A DNA stretch of 56,820 nucleotides, from the sequence record SRR20825010_765. One strand, written 5' to 3'. Made by a program: the position numbers and the translations under genes. Below, piece after piece: positions 1 through 9,690 of this stretch; position 1 is the first letter of the stretch, and each line of letters opens with the position of its first letter. Under the pieces are notes generated by a model that saw nothing but the letters and a program-made list of their open reading frames with translations, made no database searches and had not been told where the DNA came from.

Positions 1-29
1 TTGGTGTCCGGATTCATTAGACCACTACA
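1..29. mobile_element. Terminal inverted repeat of an IS3-family insertion sequence (body lies left of the window)
   Basis: TTGGTGTCCGGATTCATTAGACCACTACA reads TGTAGTGGTCTAATGAATCCGGACACC on the other strand, a TG...CA end resembling IS3-family IRs; transposase not in window. Confidence 0.65.
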
Positions 30-109
30 CTACATTGGATTTGACGCGCGAGGCAAGAACACTCTTTGCCCCTCACTTACCGCTTCCCTACACCCATGCC
101 GAAAAAACA

Positions 110-769
110 CTAGGGCGCATTTCGCTCGGCAGGCGTAGTCTTGAAATCCCGGACCATCTTGTGCGGATCGACCTCATCAGCATGCGCTTTCGCGGCTTGA
201 GCCCACCAGAGCAGCTGGTTGAACGTTCGCCCCAAATAATCAAACCAGGACACCTTATCCTCACCTGCCTGTAGCGCTCCATCTTCGGCGAAAACGTCTT
301 GTGCCTTGGGCACATGTACCATCGCAGAAACAGGGAGACAGCCCAGTTCCGAGAGAAACGTGCGCATACCGACAGCCGCGCGCATCCCTCCCCACTGGCC
401 GGCCGAATAGGTAACAATTGCGCTGGGCTTATAGGAAAACAACGAACTGCCAAAGTGGTTGAGCAAATTCGCCAATGCAGGGCTCATGGAGTGGTTGTAT
501 TCCGGGCTGACCATGATGTAGCCATCGGCAGAGGCAATTTTTTCAGCCAACGTATTGAGTACCGGCGGCGCTTTGCTCTTCGGGTAGGAAAAATGCGGCT
601 TAAACACCGCCTCCATAGGGTAATCCAGCGCATCAATCAACTCTACCTCATGCTCCCCATATCGGGCATTGAGGCATTCAACGCACGCCTTAGCCACCCT
701 CTCACCCAAGCGAGCAGGCTTAGGCGGAGCACTATCGCGAACCGTGCCCAAAAAAATCAGGAATTTCAT
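110..769 (-). CDS. NADPH-dependent FMN reductase / NAD(P)H-dependent oxidoreductase (flavodoxin fold)
   Basis: G-T-V-R N-terminal loop, SPEYNHS motif, YKPSAIVTYSAGQWGG. Confidence 0.85.
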   Translation of the reverse strand: MKFLIFLGTVRDSAPPKPARLGERVAKACVECLNARYGEHEVELIDALDYPMEAVFKPHFSYPKSKAPPVLNTLAEKIASADGYIMVSPEYNHSMSPALANLLNHFGSSLFSYKPSAIVTYSAGQWGGMRAAVGMRTFLSELGCLPVSAMVHVPKAQDVFAEDGALQAGEDKVSWFDYLGRTFNQLLWWAQAAKAHADEVDPHKMVRDFKTTPAERNAP

Positions 770-871
770 TGATCGGACCCTCTCTGTTGGGGCATCAGGC
801 GAAGTCTTGCCTCGTATGCTAAAAAAATTAGAACTCAGGGATCAACTCTTACCATTGTCCTCTTGAGGCCA

Positions 872-889
872 GGGGCAAGACCTGACCCC
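872..889 (-). repeat. GGGGTCAGGTCTTGCCCC motif; related GGCAAGA copies at 49-58 (+) and 805-814 (-)
   Basis: Seen directly; CGAGGCAAGA at 49-58 is the exact reverse complement of TCTTGCCTCG at 805-814. Confidence 0.5.
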
Positions 890-926
890 GGGCCACTGTT
901 TATCTAAGACATAGATCCTTCTATAT

Positions 927-974
927 ATTTAACGCTTCCGTCACGCGCTTATAGCGTGCACGGACTTGTTAACA
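927..974 (-). other. attC-like integron recombination site (48 bp)
   Basis: Minus strand TGTTAAC-AAGTC-CGTGCACG-(9 nt)-CGTGACG-GAAGC-GTTAAAT; L''/L' pair perfectly apart from one extra G; R' fits GTTRRRY; ORF stop TAA lies within TAAC. Confidence 0.75.
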
Positions 975-1595
975 ACCTCCGTTCTCACGCACGATCTCCT
1001 GATAGCGTCGATCCACACCCTCGGATAATATTTTCCATCTTTCTTCGCCGCCTGGGGTGTACTTCATATATGCCTCCCTCACACCCTCCTCACCCATCCA
1101 GGCATGAACAATCGATACGAAGTTCTCTTTATGAGATAGGTGCAAATACTCTGCATCTTCAATAAATCCGGCCTTCCACTCCGCTAGGCATTCTTTATTA
1201 CCTGGAGCACTCAAAGAGGCCTGCTTTATTTGGTTGTATAGATTTGCCATGTAAGACCACTGAGAAGCAAATCTCGTATATAAAGCTGCATAGACAGCAG
1301 CAAATATTGCCCCAAACCAAGCCGTCTTACTTGCGAAGTTCGAGAGGATATAGCTGAATAGAGATCCGCTAGGCAGGCTCTCGCCAGATAGGTATCGCAC
1401 GAAAACAACAATTAAGAACAAGATTGTGCTGCAGAGCAAAGACCTCAGCGCAATGATCGCTCCTCCGTTGTCCCTCTTATTCAGAAGAAATTCACCACTG
1501 ATTAGGCTTATTGCTTTACCCCATATACCTAGCATTCCAATTGGTTCTCCATGCTTTGGTTCTGGCACAGTCCATCTAAATGCATTCATTCTCAT
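969..1595 (-). CDS. Hypothetical membrane protein (about 2 TM segments), putative integron gene cassette
   Basis: 208-aa AT-rich ORF; ATG directly after GTTA of the upstream attC, stop inside the downstream attC. Confidence 0.75.
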   Translation of the reverse strand: MRMNAFRWTVPEPKHGEPIGMLGIWGKAISLISGEFLLNKRDNGGAIIALRSLLCSTILFLIVVFVRYLSGESLPSGSLFSYILSNFASKTAWFGAIFAAVYAALYTRFASQWSYMANLYNQIKQASLSAPGNKECLAEWKAGFIEDAEYLHLSHKENFVSIVHAWMGEEGVREAYMKYTPGGEERWKILSEGVDRRYQEIVRENGGC

Positions 1596-1641
1596 TAACG
1601 CCCGCCATCATGCTGTCGTCGCATGCCTGACATTGTTATGT
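1593..1641 (-). other. attC-like integron recombination site (49 bp)
   Basis: Minus strand ACATAAC-AATGT-CAGGCATG-(9 nt)-CATGATG-GCGGGC-GTTAATG; 5/8/7/6 spacing as in classical attC; stop of the upstream ORF within TAAC. Confidence 0.7.
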
Positions 1642-1981
1642 GTGACTTTCTTTAACACTCGAAGTGCCAACCAACTTTTTTGCCACTTTCCTGGACACAA
1701 ACCCAGTAATAAAAAAAGCCGGGATATGCCACCACCAAAGAATCAAAAGCAAATCAAGGACTTCATTAGGAGCCCCAGTTGCAGCGCCAACACCAAGCAT
1801 TACCCCAAAGGGGATAGGCACCATGACGATCGTTGCCGGCCCATGAAGGAGTAAAAAGCAACGTATAAACCACCGAGCAAAACAGCACTCTCTTTTCTTT
1901 TGGCAAAAGCCTAGCCAGCAATGTGGCTGCCGTAGCGACAAGAAGCAAAACCGCCATTGCCTCTAGAAATATTATTAGCAC
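1636..1981 (-). pseudogene. Small multi-TM membrane protein, putative cassette gene, with a frameshift near 1836-1860
   Basis: ORFs 1766-1981 (GTG start after GGAAGG) and 1636-1941 join into one hydrophobic protein of about 114 aa; span is 346 nt = 3n+1. Confidence 0.6.
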
Positions 1982-1995
1982 CTAGCCTACCTTCC

Positions 1996-2035
1996 ACCTA
2001 ACAGTTTATTCAGTTGCAGATGCAATATATCACTT
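1996..2035 (-). other. attI-like array head (GTTAGGT core with no attC hairpin upstream)
   Basis: Minus strand ...ATTGCATCTGCAACTGAATAAACT-GTTAGGT; core fits GTTRRRY and is 6/7 complementary to the cassette's R'' ACATAAC. Confidence 0.5.
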
Positions 2036-2358
2036 TGCTGTATATCCCCGATCCCGCCCTGCTCAAGAGCCACATAAAACCATCAAGCAGTCAGTGACTT
2101 ACCGCACAGACAGGAACCACTCACAACGGACCTTTCTTGCACTTGCGTGTTGAACAGGAATTTTACTCTGACTTTTCTTTCATCCGCCTTTCTGAAAATT
2201 CACTTTATCTCAGTGATTTACAAAGATCTGTAAGCCATATCCTACATATTCAACTTGTGTGCGAGTGAAAAAGGAATTTAGGGCTGGGGAACATGGTTGG
2301 GGAGAAAGTTAAGGTTGGAGGGTTGATTATCAGGTTTGTCGGATTAGATGGCGCGGGC

Positions 2359-2383
2359 TTCGTCCCTCGAGAGGAACTCCTAC
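2359..2383 (-). repeat. GTAG-type REP-like palindrome
   Basis: GTAGGAG-TTCCTC-TC-GAGGGA-CGAA; single copy in window. Confidence 0.35.
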
Positions 2384-2452
2384 AAAAAAGCGCGGGTTGT
2401 TTTGACGGTTTGGGTTTTTAGTGTTGCGTGAGGCGTGAGGCGTGTTGCAGCC

Positions 2453-2502
2453 GCTCGCCCACAAAAAAGCCGCGCGTTGGCGCGGCTTTTTGGTGGGCGA
2501 GC
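2453..2502 (-). terminator. Rho-independent terminator downstream of fumarase
   Basis: GCTCGCCCACAAAAAAGCCGCGC...GCGCGGCTTTTTGGTGGGCGAGC hairpin with A/T tracts. Confidence 0.8.
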
Positions 2503-2514
2503 TTGTAGTACGTA

Positions 2515-4023
2515 CTACGCGCTCTTTACAGCGATCTTCTGTTTCCAGATGACCGGGCCGGTTTTGTGTACGGATTCGCCGGTGGAATCTACCGCCACGG
2601 TGACGGGCATGTCTTCCACTTCGAATTCGTAGATGGCTTCCATGCCCAGGTCTTCAAAGGCGGCCACGCGGGATTTGCGGATGGCTTTGGAGACCAGATA
2701 GGCGGCGCCGCCCACGGCCATGAGGTACACGGCCTTGTTGTCCTTGATGGCTTCAATGGCAGTGTCGCCCCGTTCGGCCTTACCGACCATGCCGATCAGA
2801 CCGGTTTCTTCCAGCATGGTGCGAGTGAACTTGTCCATGCGGGTGGCGGTAGTCGGGCCTGCCGGGCCAACCACTTCTTCCCGAACGGGATCCACCGGGC
2901 CCACGTAGTAGATAAACCGGTTGGTGAAGTCCACCGGCAGTTTTTCGCCCTTGGAGATCATGTCCACCATGCGCTTGTGGGCGGCATCACGGCCAGTGAG
3001 CAACTTGCCGGACAACAGCAAGGTGTCGCCCGGTTCCCAGGTCTGCACTTCTTCCGGGGTCACGGTGTCCAGGTTCACGCGCTTGGCACCTTCGTCGTTG
3101 CCCCAGGCAATGTCCGGCCATTCTTCCAGATCCGGCGCTTTCAGGTCGGCCGGGCCGGAGCCATCCAGAATGAAGTGGGCGTGACGGGTCGCCGCACAGT
3201 TGGGGATCAGGGCTACCGGCTTGTTGGCCGCGTGGGTGGGGTAATCCACCACTTTCACGTCCAGCACGGTGGTCAGGCCACCCAGGCCCTGGGCGCCCAC
3301 GCCGAGGGCGTTCACTTTCTCAAACAGTTCCAGGCGCAGCTCTTCGGAGCGAGTCTGGGCGCCACGAGCCTGCAGCTCATGGATGTCGATGGGGTCCATA
3401 AGGGATTCTTTGGCGATCAGCATGGCTTTCTCGGCGGTGCCGCCAATGCCGATGCCGAGCATGCCCGGCGGGCACCAGCCGGCGCCCATCTTGGGAATCT
3501 GTTCCAGCACCCAGTCCACCACGGAATCGGACGGGTTGAGCATGGCGAACTTGGATTTCGCTTCGGAACCGCCGCCTTTGGCCGCCACGTCGATTTCCAG
3601 GGTGTCGCCGGGGACGATGGAGTAATTGATCACCGCCGGAGTGTTGTCCTTGGTGTTGGCACGCTTGCCGTCCGGGTCCGCCAGCACCGAGGCACGCAGG
3701 ACATTGTCCGGGTGGTTGTAGGCGCGACGCACCCCTTCGTTGATCATGTCGTCCAGGCTCAAGTCGCCTTCAAAGGTCACGTTCATCCCAACCTTGGCGA
3801 ACACGGTCACGATGCCGGTGTCCTGACAGATTGGGCGACGGCCCATGGCCGCCATGCGGGAGTTGACCAGGATCTGTGCCATGGCGTCTTTGGCGGCCTT
3901 GCTCTCTTCCTTCTCGTAGGCTTCTTTCACCGCGCGGATGAAATCCACCGGGTGGTAGTACGAGATGTACTGCAAGGCATCTGCCACGCTCTGAATCAGG
4001 TCATCCTGGCGAATCACCGTCAT
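2515..4023 (-). CDS. fumA: Class I (Fe-S) fumarate hydratase
   Basis: PICQDTG, AKGGGSE, GPTTATRMDKF motifs; 502 aa. Confidence 0.93.
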   Translation of the reverse strand: MTVIRQDDLIQSVADALQYISYYHPVDFIRAVKEAYEKEESKAAKDAMAQILVNSRMAAMGRRPICQDTGIVTVFAKVGMNVTFEGDLSLDDMINEGVRRAYNHPDNVLRASVLADPDGKRANTKDNTPAVINYSIVPGDTLEIDVAAKGGGSEAKSKFAMLNPSDSVVDWVLEQIPKMGAGWCPPGMLGIGIGGTAEKAMLIAKESLMDPIDIHELQARGAQTRSEELRLELFEKVNALGVGAQGLGGLTTVLDVKVVDYPTHAANKPVALIPNCAATRHAHFILDGSGPADLKAPDLEEWPDIAWGNDEGAKRVNLDTVTPEEVQTWEPGDTLLLSGKLLTGRDAAHKRMVDMISKGEKLPVDFTNRFIYYVGPVDPVREEVVGPAGPTTATRMDKFTRTMLEETGLIGMVGKAERGDTAIEAIKDNKAVYLMAVGGAAYLVSKAIRKSRVAAFEDLGMEAIYEFEVEDMPVTVAVDSTGESVHKTGPVIWKQKIAVKSA

Positions 4024-4166
4024 GGGATTACTCCTGCTGGGAAAATAGGGGCGCGTAGTATAGCGCAGAGTATCAAGGGGGCGAAAACCCGGAGCGCGAA
4101 GACAGCGGCAAGCGGTGGGAGCGGGCGTTTGCGTTGGCCGCTCCTTGCCGCGTCATTGAGCCGCCG

Positions 4167-5042
4167 TCAGTCGCAACGGGTGTTATTGAGCAAGCGAATC
4201 AGGTGACGGTTTACCGCCTCCGGCTGTTCCAAGTGTAGAAAATGCCCGGCATCCGCCAGGGTTTGCAGCTCAACACCGCCACTGAAATCACTTTCTACCA
4301 AGGTATGCTCAAGCAGCTTGGGGCTCATGCAACCGTCATTCTCGCCGATCAAGACCTGGGTGGGGGTGGCAATATCCTGCCCCAACCAGGCCCGTGCCTT
4401 GCGGTGTTCTTTCTTCCACACCTTGAACAGGGAGCGATACCAGGCCAACGCAGCAGGAATCACTCCCGGCTCGGCCAGGGTGTGTTTGGCGTTATCCAGA
4501 TAGAGCTCCGGTTCCCAGCCCGGTGACCAGCGCCGCCATAGCGCCTCCACGCCATCCAGATCCCCACGCTTGAGCCAGGCTTCCGGTGCCAACGGCAACT
4601 GGAAGAACTGCATGTAGCCGCTCAGCAACACCTGCTCAGGCACCTTCAACAAGGCCTGGGGAATCCGCCGTATGGGCGGAATAGACAGGGCACTGAACGA
4701 ACAGAACGTCTCGGGAAATTGGGCACAGGCCAGGTAGCCCACCGCTGCGCCCCAGTCATGCCCGATCAAATGCACACGGCCACCCAGCTGGGCGGCAAAC
4801 ACCATCAGGTCATCCACGGCCGCATACAGGGAATAATCGCCATTACCCGGCTGGCAGCTGGGCGCATACCCACGCAAAGCCGGAGCGATAGCCGTATAGC
4901 CGGCATCCGCCAGCGCATTGATCTGCACCGCCCAGTTTTCGTGGGTATCGGGAAAACCGTGCAACAGAATCACCGGCTCCCCATTGCCAGCCATCAGGGC
5001 AGGAAAACGCAGGTCACCATTGACCAGCTCAACCTGTTTCAT
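4167..5042 (-). CDS. Alpha/beta hydrolase (epoxide hydrolase-like)
   Basis: LHGFPD, GHDWG nucleophile elbow, GHFLHLEQP. Confidence 0.88.
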   Translation of the reverse strand: MKQVELVNGDLRFPALMAGNGEPVILLHGFPDTHENWAVQINALADAGYTAIAPALRGYAPSCQPGNGDYSLYAAVDDLMVFAAQLGGRVHLIGHDWGAAVGYLACAQFPETFCSFSALSIPPIRRIPQALLKVPEQVLLSGYMQFFQLPLAPEAWLKRGDLDGVEALWRRWSPGWEPELYLDNAKHTLAEPGVIPAALAWYRSLFKVWKKEHRKARAWLGQDIATPTQVLIGENDGCMSPKLLEHTLVESDFSGGVELQTLADAGHFLHLEQPEAVNRHLIRLLNNTRCD

Positions 5043-5320
5043 CGGGTTACCTCAAAGTGATTGGAACGGGGCGCATCATCACGATCACTGCCCTCTTCCA
5101 CCAGGATCCTTTCCACCTGTGCCAGCGCCGGGCCCTGGTGCATGGCATCGAGCATGTCATCCACTGCACCGCTTTCGCCTTCCAGCAACGCTTCCACACG
5201 GCCGTCTGCACAGTTGCGAACCCAGCCGGTGAGTTTGCGGCGAATGGCTTCCTGGCGCGTCCAGGCCCGGTAGCCTACACCCTGCACAATGCCGCTCACC
5301 AGTACATGCTTAGTCGTCAT
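5039..5320 (-). CDS. acyP: Acylphosphatase
   Basis: VSGIVQGVGYR and GWVRN signatures; start taken at second Met. Confidence 0.9.
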   Translation of the reverse strand: MTTKHVLVSGIVQGVGYRAWTRQEAIRRKLTGWVRNCADGRVEALLEGESGAVDDMLDAMHQGPALAQVERILVEEGSDRDDAPRSNHFEVTR

Positions 5321-6629
5321 TGCTGTCCTCGTGGTCAATCGTGATGTCTTTACGGTTGTGCTCTACGTGTTTTTCCTCTCCCGCCCGGGATTCACTGAAC
5401 AAGGCATCCAGGCTGATATCCAGTGGCGCCATCATGCCCTCACGGGCCTGGTCCATGCGGTTTTTCAATGCCGCTTCCCAGGGTAACAGTTCTGACTGTT
5501 GTCTAACCCGTAGCTGGGTATGGGCCGGCCACGGCAGCATGGCAACCAACTGCCCCAGTGACAGGTTGCGCAGATCCCGGCTGAGCATGTACCCGCCCTC
5601 TTCCGTGCGCCGGATCAGTTTTGCATTCACCAGCAAGTTGCGAAATTCATCCCACTGGCTGATACCCGATTCCTGCATGACCTTGCGAACTTCTTTACTG
5701 CGTAGCACCTTGCCATTTTGCTGGCGCTGCCAGAACACATTGAGCAAGCGCACCAATGCATGCATGCGCGGCACCTGGCGACGGTGTTCCTGAAACACCA
5801 CCAATGCCCGCACCAGTTCCGCCCCACCGAGCACTATGGTCCAGGAAATATAAATCCACAGCAGAAAAACCGGGACTGCTGCAAAGGCGCCATACACCAC
5901 CTGGTAACTCGGTGCCTGTTTGATAAAAAAGGTGAAACCGCCTTTCGCCAACTCAAACAACAGCGCCGCTACCGCCGCCCCCAGCAGCCCTTGGCGTAAC
6001 GGAATCTTGGTATTGGGTACCACGGTGTACATCAGTGTCAGCATGGCGGTGGTAAACAGAAACGGCAGCAGAGACAGCCACAACCGCACGCCGCCTAGAT
6101 AACTCACCGTGTCGCTGAAGATGGCCTGCGAGGTGAGATACGACGAGATCGCCAGCCCCAGCCCCAGACAAATGGGGCCCAATGACAATACCGCCCAGTA
6201 CATCAACAGGCTGGTTAGGCCTTTACGCGGAGTCTGCACTTTCCAGATACGGTTCAGGGTTTGTTCAACGGTGCTGAGCATCAGGATCGACGTCACCACC
6301 AGAAACACTATCCCCAGCCCGGTGAGGTTGGCGGCCTGTTTGGCAAAGGACTGCAGGTGATCGAGAAGCATGTTCCCCGCCGAGGGGACAAAATATTCAA
6401 ACGCCCAGGCCTGGAACTGGGTGCCCTTGTCTTTCAGGGCCGGCACCGAGGACAAGACCGCAAAGCTCACCGTCATTACCGGCACAATGGCAAACAATGT
6501 GGTGTAGGTGAGTGCCGCCGCGCTTTGTCGGCAACCGTCCTCGTTGAACTGGCGCACCAGTAGTGCAAAAAACGCCTTGATGGAATCGAACCGGGCATGC
6601 ACCGGGATTACCGGCTGCTCATTCTCCAT
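5310..6629 (-). CDS. YihY/BrkB family inner membrane protein with C-terminal extension
   Basis: AAALTYTTLFAIVP, LNRIW, YGAFAAVPVFLLWIY. Confidence 0.88.
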   Translation of the reverse strand: MENEQPVIPVHARFDSIKAFFALLVRQFNEDGCRQSAAALTYTTLFAIVPVMTVSFAVLSSVPALKDKGTQFQAWAFEYFVPSAGNMLLDHLQSFAKQAANLTGLGIVFLVVTSILMLSTVEQTLNRIWKVQTPRKGLTSLLMYWAVLSLGPICLGLGLAISSYLTSQAIFSDTVSYLGGVRLWLSLLPFLFTTAMLTLMYTVVPNTKIPLRQGLLGAAVAALLFELAKGGFTFFIKQAPSYQVVYGAFAAVPVFLLWIYISWTIVLGGAELVRALVVFQEHRRQVPRMHALVRLLNVFWQRQQNGKVLRSKEVRKVMQESGISQWDEFRNLLVNAKLIRRTEEGGYMLSRDLRNLSLGQLVAMLPWPAHTQLRVRQQSELLPWEAALKNRMDQAREGMMAPLDISLDALFSESRAGEEKHVEHNRKDITIDHEDSNDD

Positions 6630-6741
6630 GCTCTACGCATCCTTTCTGGTTAAACCTCTAACAGGCAACGAACAGTGCACCCTTGCCACCACACTCGTGC
6701 AGCTTACAATGGCAGCGTTACGAAACAGGATATGCAATCCC

Positions 6742-8029
<1,288 letters not shown>

Positions 8030-8040
<11 letters not shown>

Positions 8041-8710
8041 TGAACGCCTGGAAGTAGAAACACCGGAAGGTGCCATGCTCAGCCTGTCGCTGGCCGGGCC
8101 TGTGCCTCGGGCGCTGGCCTACGCCATCGACCTGGCCATTCGGCTGGTAATCTACGCGGCCTTGGCCGGGATTTTCGCGGCGCTGGGCAAGGCCGGCATG
8201 GGCCTTCTGCTGATTCTGGCCTTCGTGCTGGAATGGTTTTACCCCACCCTGTTTGAAGCCTTTCGCCACGGCCAGACCCCCGGCAAGAAAGCCATGGGCA
8301 TTGTGGTGGTCCACGCCAACGGCAGCCCCCTGAGCTTCAACGGCAGCCTGATTCGCAATCTGCTGCGTACCGCCGATGCCTTCCCGCTGTTCTATCTGCT
8401 CGGGTTTATCTGCACCCTGATCAGTCCCCGCTTTCAACGACTCGGAGACATGGCAGCCAATACGCTGGTTATCCATGTGGAGGAAACACCAACGAGCAGC
8501 GAGCAGAACCGTGGCGAAAGCCTGGCCCCGGATTGGGCGCTGAATCGTGATGACCAGCTGGCCTTGTTGGCATTCCATGAGCGTCATGGGCAGTTTTCTG
8601 ATGCCCGTCAGCAGGAGCTGGCGCTACTGGCATACCCTGAACTGGCTCCGGCACAGGCACTACAACGGCTGAATGCAGTGACCCGCTATCTGGTGGAGGG
8701 TCCCGCATGA
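8030..8710 (+). CDS. RDD family protein
   Basis: ETPEG, R..A..ID, GQTPGKK, RNLLR..D, QRLGD. Confidence 0.9.
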
Positions 8711-9690
8711 AACAGGCCCGCTTTGAACAGCAGTACCGCCCGGAATGGCAAGCGCTGGAAAACCAGCTGGAACAGCTGGAATCCCTGCACGTGAGTAAAA
8801 AGAACAAGCTGCCGCTAAATACCTTCGTTACAGACTATCGCAAGCTCTGCCATCAACTGGCGCTCGCCCGGGAGCGGGGCTACAGCGTGCAGCTACAACA
8901 GTTTCTCAACAATCTGGTACTTCGCGCCCATCGCCAGCTGTACCGCTACAACCCGTCACTGGCGGATCGCATCGGCACTTTTCTTGCCAGCGGTTTTCCC
9001 CGGGCGGTCCGCCGCCAGTGGCGCTGGCATCTGGTCAGCGCCCTGGCCTTCGTACTCTCCATGGCACTGGTTTGGGTGCTGGTGCATCAACAGCCGGAAA
9101 TGATCTACACCGTGGTGGACGAAGCCAGCATTGCCAACCTGGAAAGCATGTACCAGCCGGACAATCAGGCGGATATGAAAAGCGAGCGTAGCGGCGATGA
9201 CGACGTAATGATGTTCGGCCATTACATCCAGAACAATATCGGCATCGCCTTCCGAACCTTCGCCAGCGGCTTGTTACTGGGTGTGGGTGCGCTGGTGGTA
9301 ATGCTCTTCAACGGCAGCTTCTTCGGCGCCGCCGCCGGGCACCTGATCAATGTGGGCGCACAGGAACCGTTCTTTACTTTTGTGATTGCCCATGGCGCCC
9401 CGGAACTCACCGCCATCGTGCTGGCCGGCGGCGCCGGGCTGCGACTGGGCTGGGCGATTATTGCTCCCGGCCCCTGGTCGCGGCTGGATGCCCTGCGCCT
9501 GGCCGCCCGGGATGCCCTGCCCACCATGTACGGGGTCTTTTCCCTGCTACTGCTGGCTGCTTTTATCGAAGCGTTCTGGTCACCACGGGACCTGGCGCCA
9601 ACCATCAAATACAGCGTGGGCGCAGTCTGTTGGGTTCTGTTGTATCTGTATCTTTTCTTCGGGGGACGGGATGGAACTCGAGAAGGCTAG
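8707..9690 (+). CDS. SpoIIM-like membrane protein
   Basis: YIQNNIGIAF, HGAPEL, AAFIEAF; operon context. Confidence 0.85.
   Translation: MKQARFEQQYRPEWQALENQLEQLESLHVSKKNKLPLNTFVTDYRKLCHQLALARERGYSVQLQQFLNNLVLRAHRQLYRYNPSLADRIGTFLASGFPRAVRRQWRWHLVSALAFVLSMALVWVLVHQQPEMIYTVVDEASIANLESMYQPDNQADMKSERSGDDDVMMFGHYIQNNIGIAFRTFASGLLLGVGALVVMLFNGSFFGAAAGHLINVGAQEPFFTFVIAHGAPELTAIVLAGGAGLRLGWAIIAPGPWSRLDALRLAARDALPTMYGVFSLLLLAAFIEAFWSPRDLAPTIKYSVGAVCWVLLYLYLFFGGRDGTREG

Noticed and set aside
110-769. FMN reductase as a further integron cassette
   Set aside because: No attC hairpin at its 3' end, and it has its own long upstream region
2010-2515. Possible integron integrase or its remnant
   Set aside because: No ORF or R-H-R-Y tyrosine-recombinase motifs recognisable in any frame I read, and no clean LexA box
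2566-4206. 546-aa plus-strand ORF
   Set aside because: Antisense shadow of fumA caused by GC codon bias; no motifs
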